From Mobula hypostoma (lineage: Eukaryota), in assembly GCF_963921235.1 (NCBI RefSeq), contig NC_086097.1, forward strand, positions 149,050,001 to 149,114,000: DNA of 64,000 bases. The letters run 5' to 3'. Of this stretch, positions 50,976-63,725 are shown one piece after another; positions within the stretch are counted from its first letter, which is position 1, and every line of letters begins with the position of its first letter. The translations under genes and the position numbers were made by a program. Under the pieces are notes generated by a model that saw nothing but the letters and a program-made list of their open reading frames with translations, searched no databases and had not been told where the DNA came from.

Positions 50976-51176
50976 CTGGGTTTATGTACTAAATGCACTC
51001 CGTTATCATATAATTCATATTGGATAGTCAAGAAACATTCCCAGTAGAATCAATGCTGAAATGAGTCAATATAACATTATAAATGTTCATGCACCCCATT
51101 TAGCTCCCAGGTTAATCAGACCTAAGGCCTGATGTCTGCAAGTCTGAGAGTCCTGGGCCAAGGACTAGAGATTGGA

Positions 51177-51608
51177 AACACAAAATACTCTGCAGATGCT
51201 GGGGTCAAAGGAACACTCACAACATGCTGGAGGAACTCAGCAAGTCAGGCAGCATCCGTGGAAACGATCAGTCAACATTTCGGGCCGGAACCCTTCGTCA
51301 GGACTGAAGAGGGAAAGGGCAGAGGCCCTATAAAGAAGGTGGGGGGAGGGTAGGAAGGAGAAGGCTGGTCACCTTTCCTGCCTATCAGCTCCCTGCTTCC
51401 CCTCCCCCACCCCTTTATCTTTCCCCTTACTGGTTTTTCACCTGATACCTACCAGCCTTCTCCTTCCCACCCTCCCCCCACCTTCTTTATAGGGCCTCTG
51501 CCTCCGCCCTCTTCAGTCCTGACGAAGGGTTGCGGCCCGAAATGTTGACTGATTGTTTCCATGGATGCTGCCCGACCTGCTGAGTTCCTCTAGCGTGTTG
51601 TGAGTGTT
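51177..51608. mobile_element. Non-coding Penelope-derived inverted-repeat element with two hammerhead motifs
   Basis: Arms about 51212-51369 and 51451-51608. Motifs at 51270-51305 (-) and 51515-51550 (+). Perfect 14-bp TSD GACTAGAGATTGGA (51163-51176, 51609-51622). Confidence 0.9.
51515..51550 (+). ncRNA. Minimal hammerhead ribozyme motif (variant; mirror copy at 51270-51305 on the minus strand)
   Basis: AGTC CTGACGA A GGGT TGCG GCCC GAAA TG TT GACT. Stem I extends to TCAGTC/GACTGA. GAAATGTT replaces GAAACGTC. Confidence 0.65.
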
Positions 51609-52379
51609 GACTAGAGATTGGAGCCTGGAGGTGGCCTGCCCTTAGTTGGAGGCCTTTCTGTGTAAATGTATGGGTGGGTTGGAGGGTAGGAAAGGAGTTT
51701 GTTCCAGTATTGTTTTGTTCTTGTTGCTTGTGTTCTTATGCTGAATAAGATGGTCATGCTGTACTGATGCAGGAATGTGTGGCAACTGTTGCGGCAGCCC
51801 CCAGCACATTCTTAAGGTGTTGATTACTAACGCAAAATAACTCATTTCATTGTATGCTACGATGTACTGTACATGTGATAAATAAATGAATCTGAACATC
51901 GGAGGTTCAGTTCCCAGGAACAAGAGCACTAATGGAATCAGGGCTGATAGGTATCTTTATGCCTTTAGTAATAAGAAGGTGCATTGTGGACGGTGCTTTG
52001 TTGTATTGGAAATCTGAGTGTCAAGAATCCAAAGCAAATCCCTGCCTTTGCAAACAATGAGTCAGCCCACAGCTCACTGTGGACAGGCTGCTTCTGAGGG
52101 TTGGTGTTGGGAGGCCCAGCAGGAGAGATACGGTTGTTCAGCTTGGAGAGGACAAGCTCAGGTTTGCAACCTGGCTGACACGGTGAGAGCTGGGGGCTGT
52201 TCAGAATCCTGGCACAACATTGGTCATTGGGTCACAGATTGATAGAGTAGGAAAACAGACCCTTAGGCCCACCAAATCTGTACTAACCATCGTTCGCTCT
52301 TGCACGCTGTTTGTATGTTAATTCCATCTTTTAAATTCTCCACAGATTCTTGTCAGCTCTCCCCAGATTCCACCAGTCA

Positions 52380-52556
52380 CTTATTCTCACCAATCAATTT
52401 ACAATGGCAAATTAACATATCACTCTTTTAGATCTGGGAGTAAATCGGAGCACTCAGAGGAAACCCACATGATTACAGTAAGAATGTATAAATCTCACAC
52501 AGACAGCACCAGGGGTCAGGATGAACCTGGGTCTCTGGCATGGTGAGGCATCAGCT
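52380..52556 (-). mobile_element. V-SINE/HE1-like SINE remnant
   Basis: The reverse complement has the V-domain-like GTCTGTGTGAGATTT..ATTCT....TGTGGGTTTCCTCTGAGTGCTCCG. Confidence 0.65.
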
Positions 52557-52671
52557 TTTGGTGGAGCATAGGAGGCTGAGGGGTGACCCTGTAGAAGTTT
52601 ATAAAATCATAAGAGGTACATGCAAGGTGAATAGCCAGGGTATAGTGGGGAGTCCAAAACTAGAGGTCATA

Positions 52672-53233
52672 CACTCACTAGCCACTTTATTAGGTGCCTT
52701 TTGTACCAAATGAAGTTTTGCCACTACGTGTATGTTCATGGTTTTCTGCTGTTGTAGCCCATCTACTGCAAGGTTCAACATGTGTGTTCAGAGATACATT
52801 TTCTGCACATCATGTAACACGTGATTATATGAGTTACGTCATCTTGCTGTGAGCTTGAGCCAGTCTGGCCATTCTCCTCGAGCCTCTCCCATTAACTAGG
52901 TGTTTTCGCCCACAAAAATGCCTCTCACTGGATGTTTTCCTTTCTGCACCATTCTCTGTAAACTGTAGAGACTGTTGTGCGTGAAAATCCCAGGAGATCA
53001 GCATTTTCTGATGTATACAGACTGTCCAGTTTGGCACCAACGATCATTCCATGGTCAAAGTCACTTGGATCACATTTCTTCCCCATTATGATGCTTGGTC
53101 TGAATGATAACTGAATCTCTTGCCCAGGTCTGCGTGCTTTTATGCACTGAGTTGCTGCCATTCAATTGGCTGATTAAATATTTGCATTAATGTGCTTATA
53201 TACAGGTGTACCTAATAAAGTGGTCACTGAGTG
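52672..53233 (-). mobile_element. Non-autonomous Tc1-like element inserted in a CR1 remnant
   Basis: TIRs CACTCACTAGCCACTTTATTAGGT / ACCTAATAAAGTGGTCACTGAGTG, with TA duplicated (52670-52671, 53234-53235). Contains an MGKKCDPSDFDHGMIVGA fragment. Confidence 0.9.
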
Positions 53234-53924
53234 TAGGTTTAAAGTGAGAGGGGAAAGAACTTTTTCAAAACAGGGTGGTGAGTATGTGGAATGAGCTGCC
53301 AGAGGTAGACATGAGTACAGTTACCACGTTTAAAAGTGATTTGGACAGTTTGTCAGAATGGATGAATTGTGCTGAAGCACCTTTTTTCTGTGCTGTATAA
53401 CCCAATGACTCTATAAGACGTGCAGCAGGGATTTACCAGGTAATTACCGGCCAAGAAACTTGGAAAGGCTGGGATTAGTATGGAACATTGAGCATGGATT
53501 TGTTGATGGAAGATCCTGTCCAACTAACTTAATTGTTTTTTGAAGAAATTACATATTACAATGAAGAGAACAGTGCAGCTGATACAGTTGGCGTTGTTCA
53601 CTGGTTTGAAAGTTGATCCCATAGGATCCAGCTGGCATGTTGCATCCTAAATTAGCTTGGTAATGTGAGATGGAGAGTGATGGTGCAGAGCTGTTTCTGT
53701 AAGTGGAAGCCTGTGATCAGAACTGTTTCACAGAAATCTGTGTGTTATGTATATTAAAAAATTACTTGGAATGCAAATGCAGGACTAGGATTAAAAAGTC
53801 TGCAAATGATTGAAAAACTGGTGAGGAAGGTAGTGTTAGGCTACAATGAGATATTGATAAATTGGTAAATTAGGCGGAGCACTGACACTGAACTTAAACT
53901 CAATACTTGGAATTCATGTACTCT

Positions 53925-56292
53925 AAAACGTAAGATATCATATATTAACTGCACAGTAATAAAACCTAAAATTAGGTAAGGCTAAACATCCAGACTTTTC
54001 AGGTTTTTGAAGATGAAATTTATTTAAATGAGGATGTTTATTTTTCCATATATTGGAGGATAAAATAGATTCAAGAGAGTCAAAAAAGGATTTAGGAATA
54101 AAAACAGGTAAAGCCTGAAAAAGGTATATAAATTTAGGTAGAATATTCATTTTAATAGAATTAATTCATCCGATCAACGATATTGGAAGAGGTGACCAAT
54201 TTAATAATATCTTCTTTACATGGTTCAATAAAGTAAGAAAGTTTACGTTAAACAGGTATTTGTAATTCTTATTGATTGTTACACCCACGTAAGTAAATTG
54301 ATTCCTTACAATTTTAAAAGGAAGATGATTATAAATTGATACCAAATTATTTAAAGGATATAATTCACTCTTATGTAGATTCAATTTATATCCTGAAAAC
54401 TGGCTGAAATGGGAGAGTAAAGCAAGTACACAAGGTAACAAAATCTCAACATTAGAGATAAAAAGCAATATGTCATCAGCGTAAAGCGAGATTTTGTGGG
54501 TGATACCTCTCCTTGAAATACCACCGATATCATTAGATTCTCGAAAAGCAATGGCAAGGGGTTCTAAAGCGAAATCAAAAAGCAAAGGACTCAACGGACA
54601 GCCTTGTCTAGTTCTGCGATGAAGTTTAAATGGTTTGGAATTTTGAAAATTAGTAAGATCTCAAGCAGAAGGAGATAAATAATTTAATCCATTGAATAAA
54701 ATCTGGTCCAAAATTACATTTTTCTAAGGTTATAAATAAATAATTTCATTCAACCCGATCGAAGGCCTTCTCAGCATCTAACGATATCACACATTCCGAT
54801 ATCTTCTGAGAAGGAGAGTAAATAACATTTAATACGTGGCATATATTAAAATGGGAATGCTGGTTTTTAATAAATCCAGATTAATCGTGTAGACTGTCTG
54901 GTATGGGTTTCTTTAGAAGGTAATTCTGTTAATAAATTTTGTATTATTTCTCTTCTTGTATCCTTATTTCCTTTATTTGTGAGTAAACTAACTGATAATT
55001 TAATAGTTAAACATACTCTGAGGATCTGGATACAATTTAGAAAATACTTTGGTTTATTGAGATTTACCCTTTCTAGTCCCATTTATTCTAATTTTTTTAA
55101 ACCCTCCATGACTGATTTAGTTTTTAAAGAATGGGACAGGTTGGGTATTAAATGTTTTTGGGATCTGTTTGTTGGAGGAAATCTTTTTTTCATTTGAGCA
55201 ATTGTCAGCTAAATATAGCCTACCCAAAGCTCACTTTTTTAGATATCTACAAATTAGAGGCTTTCTAAGATCTCAATTGTGTACATTTCCTATAAGCTCA
55301 GATAAGAACTTACTAGATGTAATTTTTAATTTGACACCTTTTTATAATGGTTCAAAATCTAATATTTATGGTGTGTTACTAGAGACGAGGAATATTCCTT
55401 TAGACAAAATTAAGAATCTCTGGGAACAAGACTTACAGACAGCTATATCTGAGGAAACCTGGAATGAAATTTTTAAACTGGTTAATACGTCATTGCTATG
55501 TGCTTGCCATTCCTTCATACAATTTAAGGTGGTACATAGAGTCCATATGACTAAAGATAAACTACCTCGCTTTTATTCGGGTATATCTCCCTACTGTGAC
55601 AGCTGCAATAATGGAGATGCTTCATTAATTCATATGTTTTGGACTTGTCCACGTCTTGAAAAATATTGCCCAAAGAAGTTTTTCAAACTTTTTCTTTATT
55701 TTTCAAAGTCAATTTTAAGCCTAATCCTCTGACGGCCCTATTCGGTATTGTTGCAAGAGAAGATATCAAGTTGAAGACATCAGATTTACATATTTTGGCC
55801 TTTAGCTCTATTACAGCTAGGAGGGTGCTTTTGTTTAAATGGAAAGATGTTTCTTCTCCTACTCATGCTCAATGGTTATGCGATGTCACGTCATGCTTAA
55901 ATTTAGAGAAGATTCATTGTTCAATTTCTGAATCTCGTCAAGACTTTCCAACATCGTGGGGACCCTTTCTGAATTATTTTCAAAACTTTCAAAAACCTCA
56001 ATTCGTTGTTTAAATTTAAATGTTGGCTATTATTAATTTTTATTATACGAAAAGATATTTTACCTTTTTTTCCTCTTTAATAAGCAGCTTCGGTCTTGGT
56101 AGGGCTTAGATTTTTTTGGTAATAAATTAGTATATTTCAATATAACTTTGACTAAACTACATGAATACGGGGTAATGAGATTGTTATTATGAATAGATAT
56201 AATGTAATTGGTAGTTGTTTTTTTCGACCTTTATATATACTTTGTTGTACTCTGTATTCTTTTATGTAGAAACTAATAAAAAATATTGAAAG
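53925..56292 (+). mobile_element. L1/Tx1-clade LINE with a 5' inversion (53925-54880 antisense, 54881-56292 sense)
   Basis: Minus-strand RT (SPLLFDFALEPLA, ISLYADDILL, LALPNFRFYY) and plus-strand C-terminus with a CCHC knuckle (CDSCNNGDASLIHMFWTC) and AATAAA. 16-bp TSD GGAATTCATGTACTCT / GGAATTCATACACTCT. Confidence 0.9.
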
Positions 56293-58711
56293 GGAATTCA
56301 TACACTCTGGAAGATCTAATAATTGTAGGACATACATCAGGAATGTAGAGCCCTGGGAAACAGTAGGATCTTATTGTCTAGTTGCACACATTTCTAAAGG
56401 GGGCAGCACCGACAGATACAATGATAAGACATAAGGAGTGCTGGTTGCTACATCTTATAAACGAGGAGATAGCACTGGTGATGGTGTTGAGGAACTTATA
56501 CCAGGATGTTGCCTGGTCTGCCAGTTCTGAGGAGAGAATGGAGAGGCTGGGGTTGTTTTCCATGGAGTGAAGGAGGTCGATGGGGTCCTGATACAGAGCA
56601 AATGTTTGGAAGTGGGATTAGGGTAGATAGTGTTGATGGACAATATATACATGGTAAACTGAGTAGCCCGTTTCCCTGCTGGGTGACTCTATGACTAAAG
56701 CAGACCGTAAATATAAACAGCTTTGAATTAATCCTATTGTGGCCTACAAATTAGCTAAATAGGTGATAGGAAAAGAAGGGGTTAAATCTTCCAGAAGGTG
56801 TTGGTTAAAATCTGTGGTATATCTAAACTGAACAGGAAAAAAATGGATTTTACTGGATTAGACTAGTATAAAACCTCTGCAGAGTGAATAAATGAAGTGA
56901 TGATCAAAGATATAAACTTAACGGATGGTGTGATAAAACAAATAGAAAAGGGCTGAGTAAACTGTTGGGTATTTCTGAAGCAAAATGTTATGATGCTAAC
57001 GGATATTAATTCAAATGAGAATATGATACAGTGTAAGGAGAAATCATGGGAAAATAACCAAATTTGTCAATAAAGAAGTTCGGAGTTCAAAACATTTATT
57101 ATCAAAGTACGTATACATTATACAACCTTGAGATTCGTCTCCTAACGAGCAGTCACCAAACAAAGAAATAGGATAACATCTTGCTGCAAAATTATTTACA
57201 AGTGCTGGGGATTTTCAGAGTGAAATGGTTGACAGAGAGAGCCTTAAGAAAGAGGCTAATATATCAGAAACCTAAAGCTTTAGCCCATGATACCAACATC
57301 AATCCAGTTTGGGAAAAAGGCAAACTGATATGGATGAAATATCTGGTGTGAAAATAGTTTGTAGTAGAGACTCAGTTCATTTGTAGATAGGAGTAAACAA
57401 TAGCTAGGGATCAGAGTAACGAGAGCAAGGAAGCTTTGCACAATGTCTGCCTGGCCTATGGATCCGACAAGTATTAATAGGGATAAAATGTAATACAAGT
57501 GTGACCCTGGAGTCGGTATATCACATGTTACATTAACCATATGGTCAAAGAGTCAAAGCCAATGTGAAAGCTTAAATGTTGAATGTTAACTTAGTCGCCT
57601 GTAGAGGGAGTTGATTAACAACATCTTATTGGGGGAGTTGTTGGAGACATTGGGAGAGTAAAGTGGGATTAGTGTACTGTTAGTATAAATGTGTGCTTGA
57701 TGATCAATACAGAACTGGGGGCAAACAGCAATTATATGATACCATCACTCCATGAATGTTAAAAAAAGAAAAATAAAATATGGCCAGGAAAGCTAAAATA
57801 TAAAATGAGAAGAGGAAATAAATGGAGACTGGGACTGATGGGAGAAATCCATGAGTCAATATAGACTCAATGGGTCAAATAGTTTCCTTTTGTGTTGGAA
57901 GAAAGCATGAAGAATTATGAGATAAAAAGGAATATTAAAGGAATTAGCAAGTATTTATTCAGACATTTATACAAGTTGTTAAAAAAAGTGAAAGCATGGA
58001 GCTGCATGATAGATGATCACTACAGATGGGAGACGGGGAGGAAGTCGGTGCCTGACGGGGAAGTATTAGAACAGATGTACTGTTGATGCCCGTCACATAT
58101 GTAATCAATGTTAGACTGCAAACGGTTGAAGACATAGCACCAACCTCATGTAAAATTGCTTGCAAAATCAGCAAAGTATTGAGTCTTTTAAATTTTATTT
58201 TGTTTTCTAACATCACATGTACATCACTGGCAAAGTCCACATTTGATCCCCATCTCCAAATGCCGTAAAGATGGTTGAGAGTTGCCTTTGGAACTTCTGA
58301 AGTCAAGGAAAGGAAAGTATTGCTGGAGAGCTGCTAGGTAAAGGGCTTGAGGACACTGGCTATTGTCAATGAAGGATTGGTAATATATTTCCAAGTTCAA
58401 GATAGATAATGAGCTGGTAAGGAACTCATTGTTTGAGGCACCCTCTGCCTTGCTGTCTTTGCTCTTCTAATTGGTAGTTGACATGTACTTTTTCTATTGA
58501 AGAAGCCTTGGCATATTAACAAATTTCACAACATATGCTGGTAATAGTAAATTTGATTCTGATGTTGTTGTAAAGCACATTACAGATTAATGCACAGCTA
58601 ACATGAAGACAATGAATAATGGTCATGGATAGGGTGACTTTCAAGAAGCTTGCTTTGCTGTGGCAATGTTGAATATGTTCAGTGATCTTGGAGATACTAT
58701 CACCAGGTGAT

Positions 58712-59168
58712 TGTCACAACCATGGATTCGGCAGTGCCGCAGATATGGCAATTGCACTCGTTAATATGCACGCGTCAGCTAATTATTATTTCATTGTGAT
58801 GGTATTTAACTCCATTCTTTTTGTCATAGTGCTTGTCGAGACTTGAGCAAAGCACAGCAAAGTTTCGCTGCCTGCTTGCATGCGGCTTTGCCTGAGAAAT
58901 TGGACTGTCAAGTCAACTGGCTTTGAAGATGAGCGGTATTCATTTTATATTTAGTGATTCCTTTCAGCTGCAGTGTTGGCTTCGTTTTCCATTAGAGAGT
59001 AATAGTTAATGGCCCTGTTTGTCCTAGGGTTTATTGTTTTCCTTTCCCTCTAACTCCATTTGCATTAAAGTCTGTGAACTATTGACCCACTTCAGTTTCA
59101 GTCTCTCTCTCTCTCTCTCTCTCCCTCTCCCTCTCTCCCTCCTTGTGCCATATCCGAATATACTGACA
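58712..59168 (+). mobile_element. Solo LTR
   Basis: TGTCA...TGACA termini, a perfect 5-bp TSD GTGAT (58707-58711, 59169-59173), internal ATTAAA, and a (CT)n tract. Confidence 0.8.
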
Positions 59169-59392
59169 GTGATATGAAGACTTGCATCACGCTTCCAACT
59201 TATGCCTCATAAGTGCAAAGTTTGGAGAAGCCAGGAGGCAAAGCGCTCCAGGCAGTATATACAACCTCTTAACTTGCTGTTGAAACCACAATATTTATTA
59301 CTGTTTCATTTAATTTCATCATGAAGACCATCTCCAGACCTGCACACCACTCCAGGAAGTTAATATTTGGGTTCCCTCAGTAAAATTGAGAG

Positions 59393-59815
59393 CAGGGGTG
59401 CAGTGGTAGCCGCAGTGCTCTGAAACGCGTTCAGCACCTCTTTAAGAAAAAAGCCGAAATAAACAAGCTAATTAATGAGCTGCCGCCCAGGGTGATTTAA
59501 GTATCTCAGGAACTGCTGATCTCCTGGGATTTTTACACACAGCATACTCTGGAGTTTACAGAGAATCCAGCGAGTGGATTTAACACGATGTTTTTGCTCA
59601 CGGAACAGCCGCTCGCTGGATTTTTTTTTGTTTTTGGCACCATTCTCTGTAAACTCCAGAGTATGTTGTGCGTAAATTTCCCAGGAGATCAGCAGTTCCT
59701 GAGATACTTAAATCACTCTGGGCGGCAGCTCATTAATTAGCTTTTTTATTTCGGCTTTTTTCTTAAAGAGGTGCCGAACGTGTTTCAGAGCACTGCGGCT
59801 ACCACTGCACCCCTG
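59393..59815. mobile_element. Palindromic hAT-type MITE with 174-bp arms
   Basis: CAGGGG...CCCCTG termini, arms 59393-59566 and 59642-59815, and a perfect 8-bp TSD ATTGAGAG (59385-59392, 59816-59823). Confidence 0.92.
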
Positions 59816-62619
59816 ATTGAGAGCAAGTATTTAGAATTTTGTTTCGGAGATGTCTGTGTCCTAGAATGTATGAGGCAGAACAATAATTGGCTAAGTTAAA
59901 ACCTGAATGTTGTCCAAGCCTTGCTTCATCCAGGCCTCATTTACTTAGGATTTGTGTTGGATCTTAACGTTGTACAATCATCTATGAATATCTTATAGTA
60001 GGGAGCTCATTGTAACTATTGCCCTGCAGAAATTCTGGGGCCTAACTAATTCTGCTAGGTATGACCCTAGCCAGGGAAGTTGATTTTCATTTCTCTGGCT
60101 TTTTATGCCACACCAAGTTAAATGCTTCTTTGATTTCCAAGGAAGAAACTCTTCCTCATCACATCATGTAATGGGGCTTGGAGCACAACATGAACATCTG
60201 TAAGCAGGTTAGAGAAGAGCAAGTGCCAATTGTTAACACTGTCAACCAAGCTGATCACTGCTTTATTGTGACTGCAGGGAAGTTGCTCAGTTGGTACCGA
60301 CAGCTGAATTGATCTTCCTTATGCCAGCAGGCATACCTAAGCAACGTTCAGTGTTGCAGTTATACTAGAACAGCTTGATCAGAGGTACAGCGAGATCTGA
60401 AGCTCAATTTAAGTATTAAAGACTCAGTATTGTTGGTCTCTGTAATGGTTGCAAAGTCCAGTGCTTTGAGCTGTTTCCTTTCTAATGACACCATTTTTGT
60501 TGATTGCAACAAAATCCAAGCAACATTTAGATCCTCGCTTCTGTTCTTCTACAACCCAGATGTCTTCTGAGTTAATCTGAGATGGCAGATGAGATTACAA
60601 TGAATGATCTGGTCTCTACTTCTGACTTAATTTATGACTGAAAACCTCCAGCCTTATCTTTAGTACTCATAATCTGGGCGACTTCACCACTGAAGCTGCT
60701 GATGTTGTTCAAAATGGGAGGGGTGGGGTTCAAAGACTGAAGTATAGTTTAAATTGTATCATTTGTATTGTAATGTAAAAGGTTGAAACAGACTTGAAAC
60801 TATTCAGCCCAACTTTCACTTTAAGTAATGTGGAATTTATTTTAAGTAGTGAAGTATCGAAGTAGGCGTAGTATAGTAGGAGGGAATCTATGTAACCAGC
60901 AAGAAGGTTCTTGTCTAATAAATGGAGCCAAATTCTTCAAGGTGGTGGCAGACATCATTGACAGCTGTAATCTTACAATTTGGTTCATCTTCAGTAAGTT
61001 TTTGAGTCTGTATCATGAGTGATTAGTTCACAAGATAGCAAACTGGTAAGATAAACTGAAATTTGAATGAAGGTTACTTACAAATGAAATGGTCTCAACA
61101 TGACAGGGGATCACTTACCGTGTGAAACAAAGAGAAGATTACATCATGCCCTTCAAATTGCCAAGATAACCCCAAGGTATTAGACAATCAATGAAAAAAT
61201 TCTTAAGTGTAATCACTGTTGTAAAGTAGCAACAACTAACTTGTGTATACACCACCTCTACAAAATGATATGGCCAAATGGAATCTAGTCTATCATTCAT
61301 AGTGGATGTAATCTTTACCAAATTTCTGCTTTCCATTGTCCTTATTCCTTTATATTTCAAATAGTTATGTATCCATCTTGAATCCGTTCAACTACTCACC
61401 TCTGAGCTGTCTAGAGAAAAGAATTATGAGGATTCATGACTCTCTGGGAGAAATTTCTCCTTATTTCTATCTTAAATAGGTAAGTTCTTGCTTCGGAGCT
61501 GTGGACTTCTTGTTCTGAGTTACTCCATGAGGGAAAACACCCACTCAGCATCTATAGCATCATTCTATCTCAGAATCTAATGTTTCAATAAGATCACTTG
61601 CAGTGTGTAAAGATTGATTTCCGGGTTTCTGTGTACCAACTCAACAAGGCTTCTTGGACACTACTTCTGAAATCCACAAACTGCGTCAGCTGGAAAGAGA
61701 AAGGGAGTAGGAACTTGGAACATCACCACTTCCGGTCTTCCCTCCAAATTGTACACCTTTCCAAACTGAGAAGAATGTATGTAATCGGCCTTTGTGGATT
61801 CTGGGATAAAATTCTGTCAAAGTATTAAATAATTTTCCTGCAATTCATTTCCCTACATTTTATTTAACAATCTGTTTAAATATCTGCTTACTTCTTATTA
61901 GTAAAGGGGAAATGTATATTTTGTTACACATTTACACAGTGAACAAATACAATATTTAATACCCATACCTGGCCCATAAACACCTTATCCAGAAGAGACT
62001 GGTATGGTCATTAAATATTATTTCTTTGTGATGTAAATGAATAACAAGATGTATATATTTCCCTCAAACTAATAAGAAATAAACAAGTATTTGGACATTT
62101 GGTAAATAAAATGCAGGGAATGTATTAACAGGAAAACATAAAATAGTTTACCTCAACACAAAGTAATTGAGACCAAACTTACTAAAATGTTATTTATTTA
62201 CACAGCTCATCTCAGTAATGCATAAATCAACTAGCAAATTGATCTTATTTTAAAATGCACCTAAATAACAAATTTTACATCATACAGTATAAGACATGGA
62301 TACTAAAGCCGATTCAGAGTTTTGAATTTCCTGTTCTATCATTAACATTGCACCAATAACAGCATGTCCTTAATCTCTCTTATACTTTTATATTCTTTAA
62401 TTTACTCAATAATCCCCTGTTAAACTTTCCACAGGAAATTGTCTAATAATTAATTGCTTAACTAGTCTTTTATCTCCAGTGCATAACAATAGTTGCTGAA
62501 CAATAGTTCAGTGTCTCTGTCTGGTGAATTGATGATGGAAATTTTAAATTGCAATTCTCTTTTTACTATTTGTGATGTTCTTACTTTCATTACGTTGAAC
62601 ACTTTTGCTCCTATATAAC

Positions 62620-63725
62620 CACGTAGTAGTTAGCATAACACTTTTCAGCACCAGCAATTGGGGCTCAATTCCCACGGCTGTTTGTTTATAAGGAGTTTGC
62701 ACGCTCTCCCTGTGACCTGCATGGGTTTCCTCTGGGTATTCCTCTTCCTCTCACATTCTAAAGACAAACTGGTTATTAAGTTGTGGGCGTGCTATGTTAA
62801 CGCCATAAACGTAGTGACACGAGGTCTACCTGCAACACATCCGCAGACAGTGTTAGTTGTTGACGCAAATGACACGTATAAAACCTTAAGACATAGGAGC
62901 AGAATTAGGCCATTTGGTCCGTCAAGTCTGCTCCATTTTTTCCTCTCAGCCCCAATCTCCTGCCTTCTCCCCGTATCCCTTCATGCCCTGACCAATCAAG
63001 AATCTATCAACCTCTGCCTTAAGTATACATAAAGACTTTTCCTTCACAGCTGCCATAAAATCCCACAGATTCACCACTCTCTGGCTAAAGAAAGAACCTC
63101 CTCCTCATCATCATCATTCTAAAACGATGCCTCTCTATTCTGAGGCTGTTACCTTTGGTCATAGACTCTCCCACCATAGGAAATACTCTTTCCACATCCA
63201 CTCTATCAAGGCCTTTCACCATTCAATAGGTTTCAATGAGGTCACGCTTCATTCTTCTGAATCCAGACCTAGAGCCATCGAACACTTTTCATATGACAAA
63301 CCGTTCAATCCTGAAATCATTTTCGTGAACCTCTGTCGAACCCTCTCCAGTTTTAGCACATCCTTTCTAAGACAAGGGGCCCAAAGCTGCTCACAATACT
63401 CCAAGTGAGGCTTCATCTATGCTTTATAAAGTCTCAACATTACTTCCTTGCTTTTATATTCTAGTCCTCTTGAAATGAATGCTAATACTGCATTTGCCTT
63501 CCTCACCACAGACTCAATCTGCAAATTAACCATTAGGGAATCCTGCACAAGGACTCCCAAGTCCCTTTGTGCCTCATATTTTTGTATTTTCTCTCCATTT
63601 AGAAAATTGTCAACCCTTTTCATTTCTGCTATCAAAGTACATGACCATATACTTCCCAACACTGTATTCCACTGTATATCGCTGTACACCCAATGTTTCG
63701 ATGTATATGTGACAAATAAAGCTGG
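62620..63725 (+). mobile_element. V-SINE-like element split by a CR1 insertion
   Basis: Head and V-domain at 62620-62876. The tail ...TGTTTCGATGTATATGTGACAAATAAAGCT resumes after about 63663; the same tail occurs at about 9260-9310 and 51830-51890. Confidence 0.65.
62877..63662 (-). mobile_element. CR1 LINE 3' fragment
   Basis: ORF 63417-63689 has QRDLGVLVQDSL..KANAVLAFISRGLEYKS. The CR1 3' UTR is at about 62880-62935. Confidence 0.88.
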
